Positions 56,098 through 64,000 of a stretch of DNA of 64,000 nucleotides are shown piece after piece. Numbering within the stretch: the first letter of the stretch is position 1; each line of letters begins with the position of its first letter. A program made the position numbers and the translations under genes. Origin of the DNA: Minisyncoccota bacterium. GTDB taxonomy: Bacteria > Patescibacteriota > Minisyncoccia > Phycocordibacterales > UBA9973. The DNA lies in NCBI GenBank assembly GCA_041664605.1, contig JBAYKO010000001.1, positions 83,586 through 147,585 on the forward strand, given 5' to 3'. Below the pieces are notes generated by a model that saw only the letters and a program-made list of their open reading frames with translations, searched no databases and was not told the origin of the DNA.

Positions 56098-56125
56098 AGT
56101 ATAGCAAATCTATTAGATTTGTCAA
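56098..56125 (-). promoter_or_regulatory. Sigma70-like promoter on minus strand (TTGACA-16-TATACT)
   Basis: The reverse complement of 56098-56125 reads TTGACAAATCTAATAGATTTGCTATACT. Confidence 0.4.
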
Positions 56126-56180
56126 GTACTATTTAAATATTTAAAATACCCTTATTTTTCAAGCTATTTTTGAAATAAAT

Positions 56181-56214
56181 AAAACCCCAGTTGCGACCTA
56201 ACTGGGGTTTTATA
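56181..56214. terminator. Bidirectional terminator hairpin (CCCCAGTTGCGACCTAACTGGGG)
   Basis: Stem 56185-56207 with A/T runs on both sides. Confidence 0.65.
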
Positions 56215-56328
56215 ACGTTCTTTGAAATAGTGTACTCGTGGAGTAAACCTTCAAGGATGGATAAGAACGATTGGGCCGCTTGTTTAATAGGATAGCATAT
56301 TCAATTTTATTGTCAACTATTATTCATT

Positions 56329-56380
56329 AAGTGACACAATTTCTGCAGGTGCAGAAATTGTGTCACTTCGTGTTTTTTGC
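56329..56380 (+). terminator. 19-bp perfect hairpin plus T6 (plus-strand terminator geometry) immediately 3' of gatB stop
   Basis: AAGTGACACAATTTCTGCAG-GTG-CTGCAGAAATTGTGTCACTT then CGTGTTTTTTG. Confidence 0.6.
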
Positions 56381-56384
56381 TTAA

Positions 56385-57818
56385 CTATTTAAGTAATTCT
56401 TTTATTATTTCAATTACCACCTTGGGATTTGCGCTTCCTTTTGTTTCTTTAATCACCTGCCCAACTAAAGACATAATCGCATTTTCTTTGCCACTTTTAT
56501 AATCAGCTACAACTTTTTCATTTGCATCTAGAATTTTTTGCGCAATTATTTTTAATTCCCCTTCATCATTTTTCTGAAGTAAATTATTTTCTTTGGCATA
56601 TTCGCGAATATTTTTCCCGACTTCAAAATTCTTTCCCATTAAAATAATATCTTTCGCAGAACGAGAGTTTAATTCACTTTTTGAAACCATCAAAACTACC
56701 TCGGCTAATAATTCTGGACTTATAAACTCCCCCACTATTTTTCCTGAGCCAACAAGGTCGTTTGAAATAAAATTTGAAGTAATCCTTATTAATTCTTTAT
56801 CTTGTTTAAAATGTTTTAAAACCGCTTCAAAATATTTCCCTAATTCTTGATTATTCACATAACTCTCAATATCTTCATCTTTAATTTCAAAATCTTTTTT
56901 ATATCTATCTCTCTTCTGCCATGGAAGTTCTGGAAGAGAGTTCTTGATTTCATCTAAATCAAAAGCTTCATGAAGTTTTAATTTTGGTAAATCTGGATCA
57001 GGAAAATATCGATAGTCATGACTAGATTCTTTTTTACGCTGTGAAAATGTTTCTTGTTTATTTTCATCCCAACCACGAGTTTCTTGGACTATTTCACTTC
57101 CCTTTCCGTTTTCTAAAAGCGCAGTCATTCTTTCTATTTCAAATTTTATAGCTCTCTCAACAGTTCTAAATGAGTTTAAGTTTTTTACCTCAACTTTTGT
57201 TCCAAATTTTTCTGTATCACTCACTGAAATATTCGCTTCCACCCTCATTTCACCTTTTTCCATATTTGCTTCTGATACTCCTAAATATTTTAAAAGTAAT
57301 TGAAGTTCGCGTGCAAACTTACTTGCATCTTCTGCTGAATGAATTACTGGTTCTGTTACAAGCTCCATTAATGGCACCCCGGCACGATTAAAATCAATTA
57401 AAGAATAATCTCCTCTATCATGTTTTGAAGTAGCAGTGTCCTCTTCTAAATGCACTCGAGTAATATCTATTCCGTTTAATTTTCCACCTGAAACTATCGG
57501 GTATTTATATTGAGAAATCTGATAACCTTTTGGAATGTCTGGATAAAAATAATTTTTCCTATCAAATTCAGTAAAATCTGCAATATTCCCATCCACTGCC
57601 AAACCAACCTTAATCACATGTTCTACTGCCTTTTTGTTTATAACAGGAAGAGTTCCTGGCTGAGCTGTACAGACAGGACAAATATTTACATTTGGATTTA
57701 TTTCGTCAGGATCATTTTTAGAATCACAAAACATTTTTGTGTTAGTCTTTAGTTCCGCATGAATTTCTAATCCTATTGTGGGTTTATATTCACTCATAAT
57801 ATCTAAGTATTTTACCAA
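56385..57818 (-). CDS. gatB: Asp/Glu-tRNA amidotransferase subunit B
   Basis: PTIGLEIHAELKT N-terminus, GatB catalytic core, C-terminal YqeY-like domain. Confidence 0.92.
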   Translation of the reverse strand: MVKYLDIMSEYKPTIGLEIHAELKTNTKMFCDSKNDPDEINPNVNICPVCTAQPGTLPVINKKAVEHVIKVGLAVDGNIADFTEFDRKNYFYPDIPKGYQISQYKYPIVSGGKLNGIDITRVHLEEDTATSKHDRGDYSLIDFNRAGVPLMELVTEPVIHSAEDASKFARELQLLLKYLGVSEANMEKGEMRVEANISVSDTEKFGTKVEVKNLNSFRTVERAIKFEIERMTALLENGKGSEIVQETRGWDENKQETFSQRKKESSHDYRYFPDPDLPKLKLHEAFDLDEIKNSLPELPWQKRDRYKKDFEIKDEDIESYVNNQELGKYFEAVLKHFKQDKELIRITSNFISNDLVGSGKIVGEFISPELLAEVVLMVSKSELNSRSAKDIILMGKNFEVGKNIREYAKENNLLQKNDEGELKIIAQKILDANEKVVADYKSGKENAIMSLVGQVIKETKGSANPKVVIEIIKELLK

Positions 57819-57898
57819 AAATTTTAATTAAACTAAACCATTGACAATGTTTTTTATAATGATAATCTAAGAACAGAAAAGAACATTAACTGATTAAT

Positions 57899-58441
57899 AT
57901 GAAAATAAAACCAACAAATGTCCCTGGTTTAAAAGATTATTATAGTGAATTTGTAAGAGTTGCACACTTACAACAGGAAGCAGACACTATTATTTTGGTG
58001 ACCGCTAGGCGAATGGCGCAAAAAATCATTGCTAATTTCCCAACACACGAAGAGTTAGTTTTAAAACTCTTAGAACTCCCTGTAACATTGACTACAGGAA
58101 TCGACTTAATTGATTGGGTGGATGAAAAAATAACATTACTAGATGTAATTTTTTTAACAGCTATCAAACAATCACAAGAAAAGGGTTCAGAAGGACCAAT
58201 ACGTGCTCACTTTCTTTCAGTTTCGAAAGAATCTCTTATTTCTGAGTGTAAGTTTCATAATTACTATAGTATTAACAAGGGAGACAATTTTAAGGAAATG
58301 GAAGAAACTTGTGTAAAAATAGGGCAACACACGAATTCTTTCATTTTTCTTATGCCATCAAAAAGTAATCAACTGACTGAATATCAATTTGTGTTTCATT
58401 GCGACTTTTCCAAAAAATTTCCTACGTTTCCCTCTGTTTGA
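57899..58441 (+). CDS. Hypothetical protein (180 aa)
   Basis: ORF only. Confidence 0.45.
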   Translation: MKIKPTNVPGLKDYYSEFVRVAHLQQEADTIILVTARRMAQKIIANFPTHEELVLKLLELPVTLTTGIDLIDWVDEKITLLDVIFLTAIKQSQEKGSEGPIRAHFLSVSKESLISECKFHNYYSINKGDNFKEMEETCVKIGQHTNSFIFLMPSKSNQLTEYQFVFHCDFSKKFPTFPSV

Positions 58442-58465
58442 TGCCTGAAATTTCATATTTTAAAA

Positions 58466-58494
58466 AACCACCCAATTGGGTGGTTTTTTATTTA
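58466..58494 (+). terminator. Rho-independent terminator (CCACCCAATTGGGTGG + T-run)
   Basis: Stem 58468-58483. Same family at 59099-59114. Confidence 0.8.
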
Positions 58495-58553
58495 CTTGAC
58501 AGTTATATCTTAAAATAGTATCCTATCAACAGACATTTAGTAAAGACAAAAAA

Positions 58554-59081
58554 ATGAAAAAGTTCTTATTATTTTTGAGTTTTATTTTATTAAGCACAGT
58601 AACAGTAAAAAGTCAGATCAGACTAGATTCATTTATAGTCGATACCCCTATCACAGATTTGAAGGATATTGAAAAATATTTTCCAGGTGATTTTGGGGAT
58701 GAATTATCTTCTTGCTGTCTTAAATATGATACCGGAGGAAGAACCATAATCATTAAGTTGGTAAAATTGCGTGGCAGTAATGTCACAGGAATTTTAAAAC
58801 AAATTGACAGTCTTGGTTTTAAACCTGTTCCAACTCCATATCTTCTTGGATTGGGAATGAAATATTCATATTCAAAAATGTTTTGTGATTCTAAAAATCA
58901 TTTAGGGTGGCCAGATATTATTTCTCTGGACACCAATAATATTTGTTTCAGCAAAACTATGAGTGAAAATAGTTTTATCTATTTAACGGGTCATAGTGGG
59001 CCAGGAATTACAATTGGCAAGGTGAGATTTAGCATTATATTCCACCCAAAAGAATGGTCTTTTGCCGTGATGAAAAAATAA
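58554..59081 (+). CDS. Hypothetical secreted protein (175 aa, signal peptide)
   Basis: MKKFLLFLSFILLSTVTVKSQ signal. Confidence 0.5.
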   Translation: MKKFLLFLSFILLSTVTVKSQIRLDSFIVDTPITDLKDIEKYFPGDFGDELSSCCLKYDTGGRTIIIKLVKLRGSNVTGILKQIDSLGFKPVPTPYLLGLGMKYSYSKMFCDSKNHLGWPDIISLDTNNICFSKTMSENSFIYLTGHSGPGITIGKVRFSIIFHPKEWSFAVMKK

Positions 59082-59092
59082 AAAGTTCTTTT

Positions 59093-59120
59093 AAAAAACC
59101 ACCCGATCGGGTGGTTTTTA
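59093..59120. terminator. Bidirectional terminator (CCACCCGATCGGGTGG)
   Basis: Stem 59099-59114. Confidence 0.8.
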
Positions 59121-60119
59121 TTTTTCTTCTAAAATTTTTACAAGGCTATCTGAAAATTGTTTTATAGAATTATCGTCGTATAGAGTAATTGTAAATACTT
59201 TCTTTTTGGATTTTTCTCCACCCGAGGCGGATCCGCCTAAAGCGGAAAATTTCTTTATATTTGCTTTTATTGTCTTTTCATCAACCAAATCAGTTTTTGT
59301 CAGTAAAATTATTTCTTCTTTTTCTACAAGATCCTCCCCGTATTTTTCTAACTCTTTTCTAATTTGTTTATAGATTGCAACCATATCCTCTTTTTCAAAA
59401 GAAATTAGATGAATTAACATTTTTGTTCTTTTTATGTGTTTTAAAAATTTTGTTCCAAGTCCTTTTCCTTCGGATGCTCCTTCAATAAGTCCTGGAATAT
59501 CAGCAATTACAAAACCATAAAAACTCCCTAAATTTGGATCAAGTGTTGTAAATTGATAACTTCCAATTTTTGCCTTCGCATTGGTTAAAGAATTAAGTAA
59601 ACTTGATTTTCCAGCATTAGGAAGCCCGATCAAACCAATATCAGCGAAAAGTTGGAGTTCTATAAAAAATTCAGCATCATCCCCAGGTTTCCCAAATGTG
59701 CACTCTTTTGGTGTTGTATTAGTAGAACTTTTAAAATGCTCATTCCCTAGTCCACCATTTCCACCCTCGAGAAGTAGTTCTCTTTGTCCTTCTTTGACTA
59801 AAGAAATTACTTTATCAGTTTTTAAATTCGTTACTATTGATCCAATTGGAAGTTCTATAATACAGTCCTCTCCATTTGCTCCGTGAATATTATTACTTCC
59901 CCCATCTTCTCCTCTTTCGGCTATAAATTCTTTCTGGTTTTTATACTTAGCAAGAATATAAACATCTCTTATTGCTTCTACATAAACGTTCCCACCTCTA
60001 CCTGCATTTCCACCACCTGGACCCATTAAAGGCTTTCCCTTCTCATGGCGCCATCTAACAACGCCGTTTCCACCGTCGCCTGCCTTTGCATATATTTTAA
60101 TTTCATCTGTAAAAGCCAT
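59118..60119 (-). CDS. obg: GTPase Obg
   Basis: Obg fold (GGNGGRGGNVY glycine-rich N-domain), G1 GLPNAGKSSLL, G3 DIPG, G4 TKTD. Confidence 0.92.
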   Translation of the reverse strand: MAFTDEIKIYAKAGDGGNGVVRWRHEKGKPLMGPGGGNAGRGGNVYVEAIRDVYILAKYKNQKEFIAERGEDGGSNNIHGANGEDCIIELPIGSIVTNLKTDKVISLVKEGQRELLLEGGNGGLGNEHFKSSTNTTPKECTFGKPGDDAEFFIELQLFADIGLIGLPNAGKSSLLNSLTNAKAKIGSYQFTTLDPNLGSFYGFVIADIPGLIEGASEGKGLGTKFLKHIKRTKMLIHLISFEKEDMVAIYKQIRKELEKYGEDLVEKEEIILLTKTDLVDEKTIKANIKKFSALGGSASGGEKSKKKVFTITLYDDNSIKQFSDSLVKILEEK

Positions 60120-60122
60120 TGT

Positions 60123-61043
60123 CTATGATTCTAGCGCAATTTGAGCTAATTTGATAGCCCCTTCTTTAGAATTAGCTGTTGCAATAAAAAGATTTTTATG
60201 ACAAAAAAGTGCATCAGGAACACCTGAAACTTGTGCCAATTCTTCACCTGTTAAACCGCCCCAGCTTTTTGGTAAATCTTTTCTATTTACAAAAGAATTA
60301 GAATCGTCTCTTATTGTAAGAATTTGCCATTTATTATCTGCATCTTTTGGAAAAACAACAAAAAGTGGTTCTTTGTGTTTACTTAAAACAGGGTCTCTTG
60401 GATAACCTTTGTCTAAAACTATTATTCTTTTGTCTTCTGTATTTTTATAAATTTCTTCAACAAATTTTTCACCTTCAAAATTATCTTTAGTTTTAGAAAT
60501 TTCTCTTTGTATCAAAATTTTTGCAACTTCTACAATTTTTAAAAAAGTTCCGTCTTGAATATTTCTATCTTCTTTCCAACTTGGCAAAAAAGCATCTATT
60601 AAATTCCCTAGATCGTAAGAATGTACATCTTTTTTTATATCTTCTGAAAGTTTTATTCCACTATCGAATGCGTCAATTGATTGGACTAATTTTTTATCTA
60701 ATTCATCTGAAATTTCCTTTGAACCACAAACTCTTTCCCCAAATTTTTTCCAAACTAAACCAAATGAGGCAAAAGGTATTCCATTTTGTCTTTCCCCCGC
60801 TCCTTCTATTTGGTGATGATCAAATAAATTTTTATCAGGATTATTAATCCAACCCACATCAACTAAAAATATATCTTGATTATTAAATCCACTCTTTATT
60901 GCCGTTTCATCTCTTGTTCTCAAAATATCAAATTCTTTACCTTCTTGTTCAAAAAAAATAGATAGAGTTGCACAGGTAAAAATTTCATCCGCATGAAATG
61001 ATCCATTATGTGTAATTATTTTAATTTTATTTTTAATTTCCAT
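60123..61043 (-). CDS. MYG1/UPF0160-family metal-dependent hydrolase
   Basis: ITHNGSFHADEIF N-terminal signature of MYG1-like proteins. Confidence 0.75.
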   Translation of the reverse strand: MEIKNKIKIITHNGSFHADEIFTCATLSIFFEQEGKEFDILRTRDETAIKSGFNNQDIFLVDVGWINNPDKNLFDHHQIEGAGERQNGIPFASFGLVWKKFGERVCGSKEISDELDKKLVQSIDAFDSGIKLSEDIKKDVHSYDLGNLIDAFLPSWKEDRNIQDGTFLKIVEVAKILIQREISKTKDNFEGEKFVEEIYKNTEDKRIIVLDKGYPRDPVLSKHKEPLFVVFPKDADNKWQILTIRDDSNSFVNRKDLPKSWGGLTGEELAQVSGVPDALFCHKNLFIATANSKEGAIKLAQIALES

Positions 61044-61102
61044 ATTTGTTTTAATCTATTCGCATATTCGTGCGAATTAGCCGTTGTAAATTTTAATGAT
61101 TT

Positions 61103-61741
61103 TTATTTTTCTATTTCTTTTTGGCCATTTCCATTTCCATTTCCATTTTTAAGTCCTCTAAAAAATTCAACAAAGACGGTGGCAATTTTTTCAAATGACA
61201 TAAAGGCAAAAATAAGCAATAAAATTATTAATAAGAATTTATTAACATTTTTACTTATAGAAAGCGCAACTGCACTAAAAAAATAACCTAAACCAAAAAT
61301 GTACGACATCCAAATTATTGTTGAAAAAAGCTCTGCTTTAAAATAAGTTTTAAAATTTATTTTTGAAAAACCCGCAAATACCAAAGTAACATGATTTATT
61401 CCAACAATAAATTTTGAGAAAAATATTGACCAAAACGGTTTTTCCACAAGTCTCGGGAAAAAGAAGATTATTCTTTTTTGTAAATAAATCAAAAACTTAC
61501 TATTGGGAAATTTCCTTCCAAGTAAATCACCTATGTAGTAACCCAACATTGTCTTTACCATTGCCCCTAAAAAAGCGACAAGTAAAACAGGAAATGCTTG
61601 AAAGACTCCCAAATGAGACATCACCCCGAAACTTATAATAACAACCTCTCCCTCAATAATAACCCCTAAAAAGAGAACAATATATGCCCAAGCGGCATGA
61701 AGTTCAAAGAAATGTCTAAAAAATAAAATTGTATTATGCAT
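61103..61741 (-). CDS. DedA/TVP38-family membrane protein
   Basis: Multi-TM with VIIEGEVVIISFG motif. C-terminal (NG)4 repeat. Confidence 0.55.
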   Translation of the reverse strand: MHNTILFFRHFFELHAAWAYIVLFLGVIIEGEVVIISFGVMSHLGVFQAFPVLLVAFLGAMVKTMLGYYIGDLLGRKFPNSKFLIYLQKRIIFFFPRLVEKPFWSIFFSKFIVGINHVTLVFAGFSKINFKTYFKAELFSTIIWMSYIFGLGYFFSAVALSISKNVNKFLLIILLLIFAFMSFEKIATVFVEFFRGLKNGNGNGNGQKEIEK

Positions 61742-61744
61742 ATT

Positions 61745-62080
61745 TTATCCGACAATTCTTTTTAAAATCCAGTTAAATATTGAAATTAACAATGCTCCAA
61801 AGAAAGCTGACGCAAAACCATTAATAGTAAACCCTGGAATTACGTAAGCTAAAAAATAAAATATTAACCCATTTAAAACTAGAGAAAACAATCCTAGGGT
61901 TAAAATATTTATCGGTAAAGTTAAAATTTTAATTATTGGTTTAATTATAAGATCTATAAACATCAAACATGCCCCAATCACAAAAATTATATAAAAAGGA
62001 TTTATCCCGATTCCATGAATAATAAAAGGTAAAATAAAAATAGCCAAAGATAGCAAAAGCCAATGTAGAACGATTTTCAT
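61745..62080 (-). CDS. DUF360 (4-TMS phage-holin-IV-like) membrane protein
   Basis: Four TM helices with PFIIHGIGINPFY...IPGFTINGFASAFFGALLISIFNW pattern. Confidence 0.6.
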   Translation of the reverse strand: MKIVLHWLLLSLAIFILPFIIHGIGINPFYIIFVIGACLMFIDLIIKPIIKILTLPINILTLGLFSLVLNGLIFYFLAYVIPGFTINGFASAFFGALLISIFNWILKRIVG

Positions 62081-62102
62081 AATTTTTTATTATTTATAAA
62101 TT

Positions 62103-62555
62103 TTAATTTAATAAAGCATCGACAATTTCTTTAATAATTTGCCCATCTGCCTTCCCTTTTAAATCTTTCATAACCCCCGCCATTAACATCCCGGCTTTAC
62201 TTTTATCTGTAATACCAAGCTCTTCTTTTTTGGCTTTTATAATTTTTTCAACTTCATCACGATTCATCATTTCTGGTAAATATTTTTCAAGATATGGAAG
62301 TTCATCTCTCTCTTTCTCTGCCAAATCTTCACGGTTCCCTTTTGTGAATTGTTCTATTGAATCTTTTCTTTGTTTTACTAATCTTGAAATAACGGGAATC
62401 GCTTCTTCATCAGAAAGCTCCTCGCTTGGCTTTCTTTTTTTGGCTACGAGCTCGTTTGTAAATGATGATAAGATATTTCTTAAAACCTCTAATCGCAAAG
62501 ATTCCTTTTTTATCATTGCATCTTTTATTTCGTCTCTTATTTGTTGGTGTAACAT
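62103..62555 (-). CDS. GatB/YqeY-domain protein
   Basis: IRDEIKDAMIKKESLRLEVLRNIL...YLPEMMNRDEVEKII, YqeY family. Confidence 0.8.
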   Translation of the reverse strand: MLHQQIRDEIKDAMIKKESLRLEVLRNILSSFTNELVAKKRKPSEELSDEEAIPVISRLVKQRKDSIEQFTKGNREDLAEKERDELPYLEKYLPEMMNRDEVEKIIKAKKEELGITDKSKAGMLMAGVMKDLKGKADGQIIKEIVDALLN

Positions 62556-62608
62556 AATTTTATTATAGCATGAATTATTTATTTATAATTTTTCCCTTTT
62601 TATAAAAG

Positions 62609-62629
62609 TGCGAAAGTCTTGCTTTCGCA
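62609..62629 (+). repeat. REP hairpin 1 (TGCGAAAG-TCTTG-CTTTCGCA) flanking RAYT gene
   Basis: 8-bp stem, 5-nt loop. Inverted copy at 63344-63364. Direct copy inside the CDS at 63027-63047. Confidence 0.7.
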
Positions 62630-62635
62630 AAACCA

Positions 62636-63319
62636 TTATTCTTTAGTATTTAACCAATCTAATATTTCTTTATTAAAATCTTTCATATCAAAAAAATATT
62701 TTGGAAAATTTTTTAAATCAATGATTTTATTTTCTTGTCTATTGTAATTTTGAAAATCAACATAACTACTCCATTTGTATTTATTTAAAAATTCTAATGA
62801 TTTTTTTACATCCCTGATTCCTTCTTCTTTCCATTTTAAGTCAATAAGTTTTATTGGATTCAAATGAATATATGAAAAAAGATATTTTGCTTGATTGTCC
62901 TTTTCTATGTGAACAGACTTATACTTTCCTTCAAAAAGTCCACCATTACGTTCATATTTGGCATTAAAATATTTTGAGTAAGCAGTTAAAACTTTTTGCA
63001 TAAACATAGCAATAGCACTCGAATTCTGCGAAAGTCTTGCTTTCGCATTTGGTGTAAGATATATATGAAAATGATTTGGCATTAAAACCCAAGCACCAAT
63101 AAAAACTATTGATTCTCCTTTATCAAAATCCCATGCATTAATTTTTGCTCTTACAATTTGTTCTCTGAAATCAATTCTTTCTTTAGAATTACAAATGTAT
63201 AAAAGTTTTAAAAAACGATCACGATCTTCGTTATCTAAAAAAATTTCTTGTTTGCTATTTCCCCTATTGTAAATATGATAATACTCCCCATCTATAAGTG
63301 GAATTTTGCGTATAGACAT
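62636..63319 (-). mobile_element. IS200/IS605-like Y1 (HUH) transposase of the REP-associated (RAYT) type
   Basis: YHIYNRGN N-terminus, HUH motif (HFHIY), catalytic Tyr region (YIHLNPIK). 227 aa, longer than IS200 TnpA. Flanked by inverted REP hairpins. Confidence 0.75.
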
Positions 63320-63343
63320 ATGAATATTATATAAAAACCAGTT

Positions 63344-63364
63344 TGCGAAAGCAAGACTTTCGCA
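63344..63364 (-). repeat. REP hairpin 2 (inverted copy: TGCGAAAG-CAAGA-CTTTCGCA)
   Basis: Reverse complement of REP 1, 24 nt upstream of the RAYT start. Confidence 0.7.
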
Positions 63365-63403
63365 AACTCTTAGTTTTTAATCAAGATGTGATAAAATAGA
63401 AAA

Positions 63404-64000
63404 ATGTATAAATTAATTTTTTTTGATACAGAAACAACAGGAAATACAGATAAAGATTTCTTGTGCCAATTGGCTTATAAATTAGAAAATGAGTCTTTTA
63501 ATGAATTGTATAAACCTCTTATTAAGATTCCACCTGAAGCTTCAGCTGTGCACCATATTACAAATAAAATGATTACTGAAAAAAATGCCTTTAAAGAAAG
63601 CCTAGATTTTGAAAAAATAAAAAATCTTTTTGAAAGCGATGATTCTATCGCAATAGCTCATAATGCCCCGTTTGATTTGATGATGTTTAAAAAAGAAGGA
63701 ATTGAACCAAAGAAATTTATTTGTACATTACGACTTGCAAGATATTTAGATCCCGAAGGAAAAATTGAAAAGTATAATTTACAATATTTACGATACTTAC
63801 TTGATCTTGATGTGGAAGCTCAAGCTCATGATGCAATGGGTGATGTTTTAGTACTAGAAAAACTTTTTGAAAGACTGAAGAAAAAGTTTCTAGAAAATGA
63901 GAGTATGGACAAAGATGAAGCGCTGGATAAAATGATAGAAATTTCTTCTCACCCATCGTTACTTAAATTTATAAATTTCGGCAAACATAATGGAAAAGAG
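63404..64000 (+). CDS. DEDDh 3'-5' exonuclease (DnaQ/epsilon-like), N-terminal part; continues beyond window
   Basis: Manual translation of an ORF with no stop before the window end: Exo I FFDTETTG, Exo II HNAPFDLMM, Exo III AHDAMGDV (DEDDh). Confidence 0.7.
   Translation, partial: MYKLIFFDTETTGNTDKDFLCQLAYKLENESFNELYKPLIKIPPEASAVHHITNKMITEKNAFKESLDFEKIKNLFESDDSIAIAHNAPFDLMMFKKEGIEPKKFICTLRLARYLDPEGKIEKYNLQYLRYLLDLDVEAQAHDAMGDVLVLEKLFERLKKKFLENESMDKDEALDKMIEISSHPSLLKFINFGKHNGKE

Overview
The window is AT-rich (about 30% GC), densely packed and dominated by housekeeping genes. Chaperones: dnaK (3' part), dnaJ. Aminoacyl-tRNA synthesis: tyrS, cysS, trpS, a GAD-less aspS, gatB. Replication and repair: dnaB, recR, scpAB, a DnaQ-like exonuclease. 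Cell wall: class-B PBP, mraY, ftsW, murG, an M23 peptidase, an MltB-like transglycosylase, CtpA. Ribosomal proteins: L21, L27, L9, L31, L25. Also RF1, obg, rsmI, a small glycolysis/pentose-phosphate set (gap, fba, rpe, rpiB, a split transketolase, a PfkB kinase), tRNA-His and tRNA-Ile, and many small membrane or hypothetical ORFs. Gene content and style fit a reduced-genome Patescibacteria/CPR-like bacterium, but that is an inference. No rRNA genes and no CRISPR array were seen.

The most unusual signal is a family of about 100-145 bp elements with 12-nt terminal inverted repeats. Their distal end reads ATGAGT-CCCGTTAGAAAT; their proximal end reads CCTATTTCTAAYGGG and sits flush against the start codon of the downstream gene. 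There are at least five clear copies (recR, PBP2, rplI, a C39-like peptidase, prfA) and two divergent ones (tyrS, upstream of gap). All are oriented with the gene and four sit in tight intercistronic spacers. Each has a covarying hairpin just before the proximal repeat, and most have a possible 13-15-codon upstream ORF.

Other notable items:
- a 41-nt hairpin element directly after the dnaK and dnaJ stop codons, and inverted before ftsW;
- a RAYT-type IS200-like tyrosine transposase flanked by inverted REP hairpins, with a third REP copy inside its own CDS;
- a GC-rich 1.2 kb gene-free block between gap and gatB, with promoter and terminator signals but an unassigned RNA family;
- a second GC-rich block, promoter, small peptide ORF and tRNA-His near 21.2-21.9 kb;
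- a PadR-like wHTH fused to a Cas2-like domain with no CRISPR context;
- a kinase/peptidase/repeat-protein cluster at 35.1-38.6 kb.
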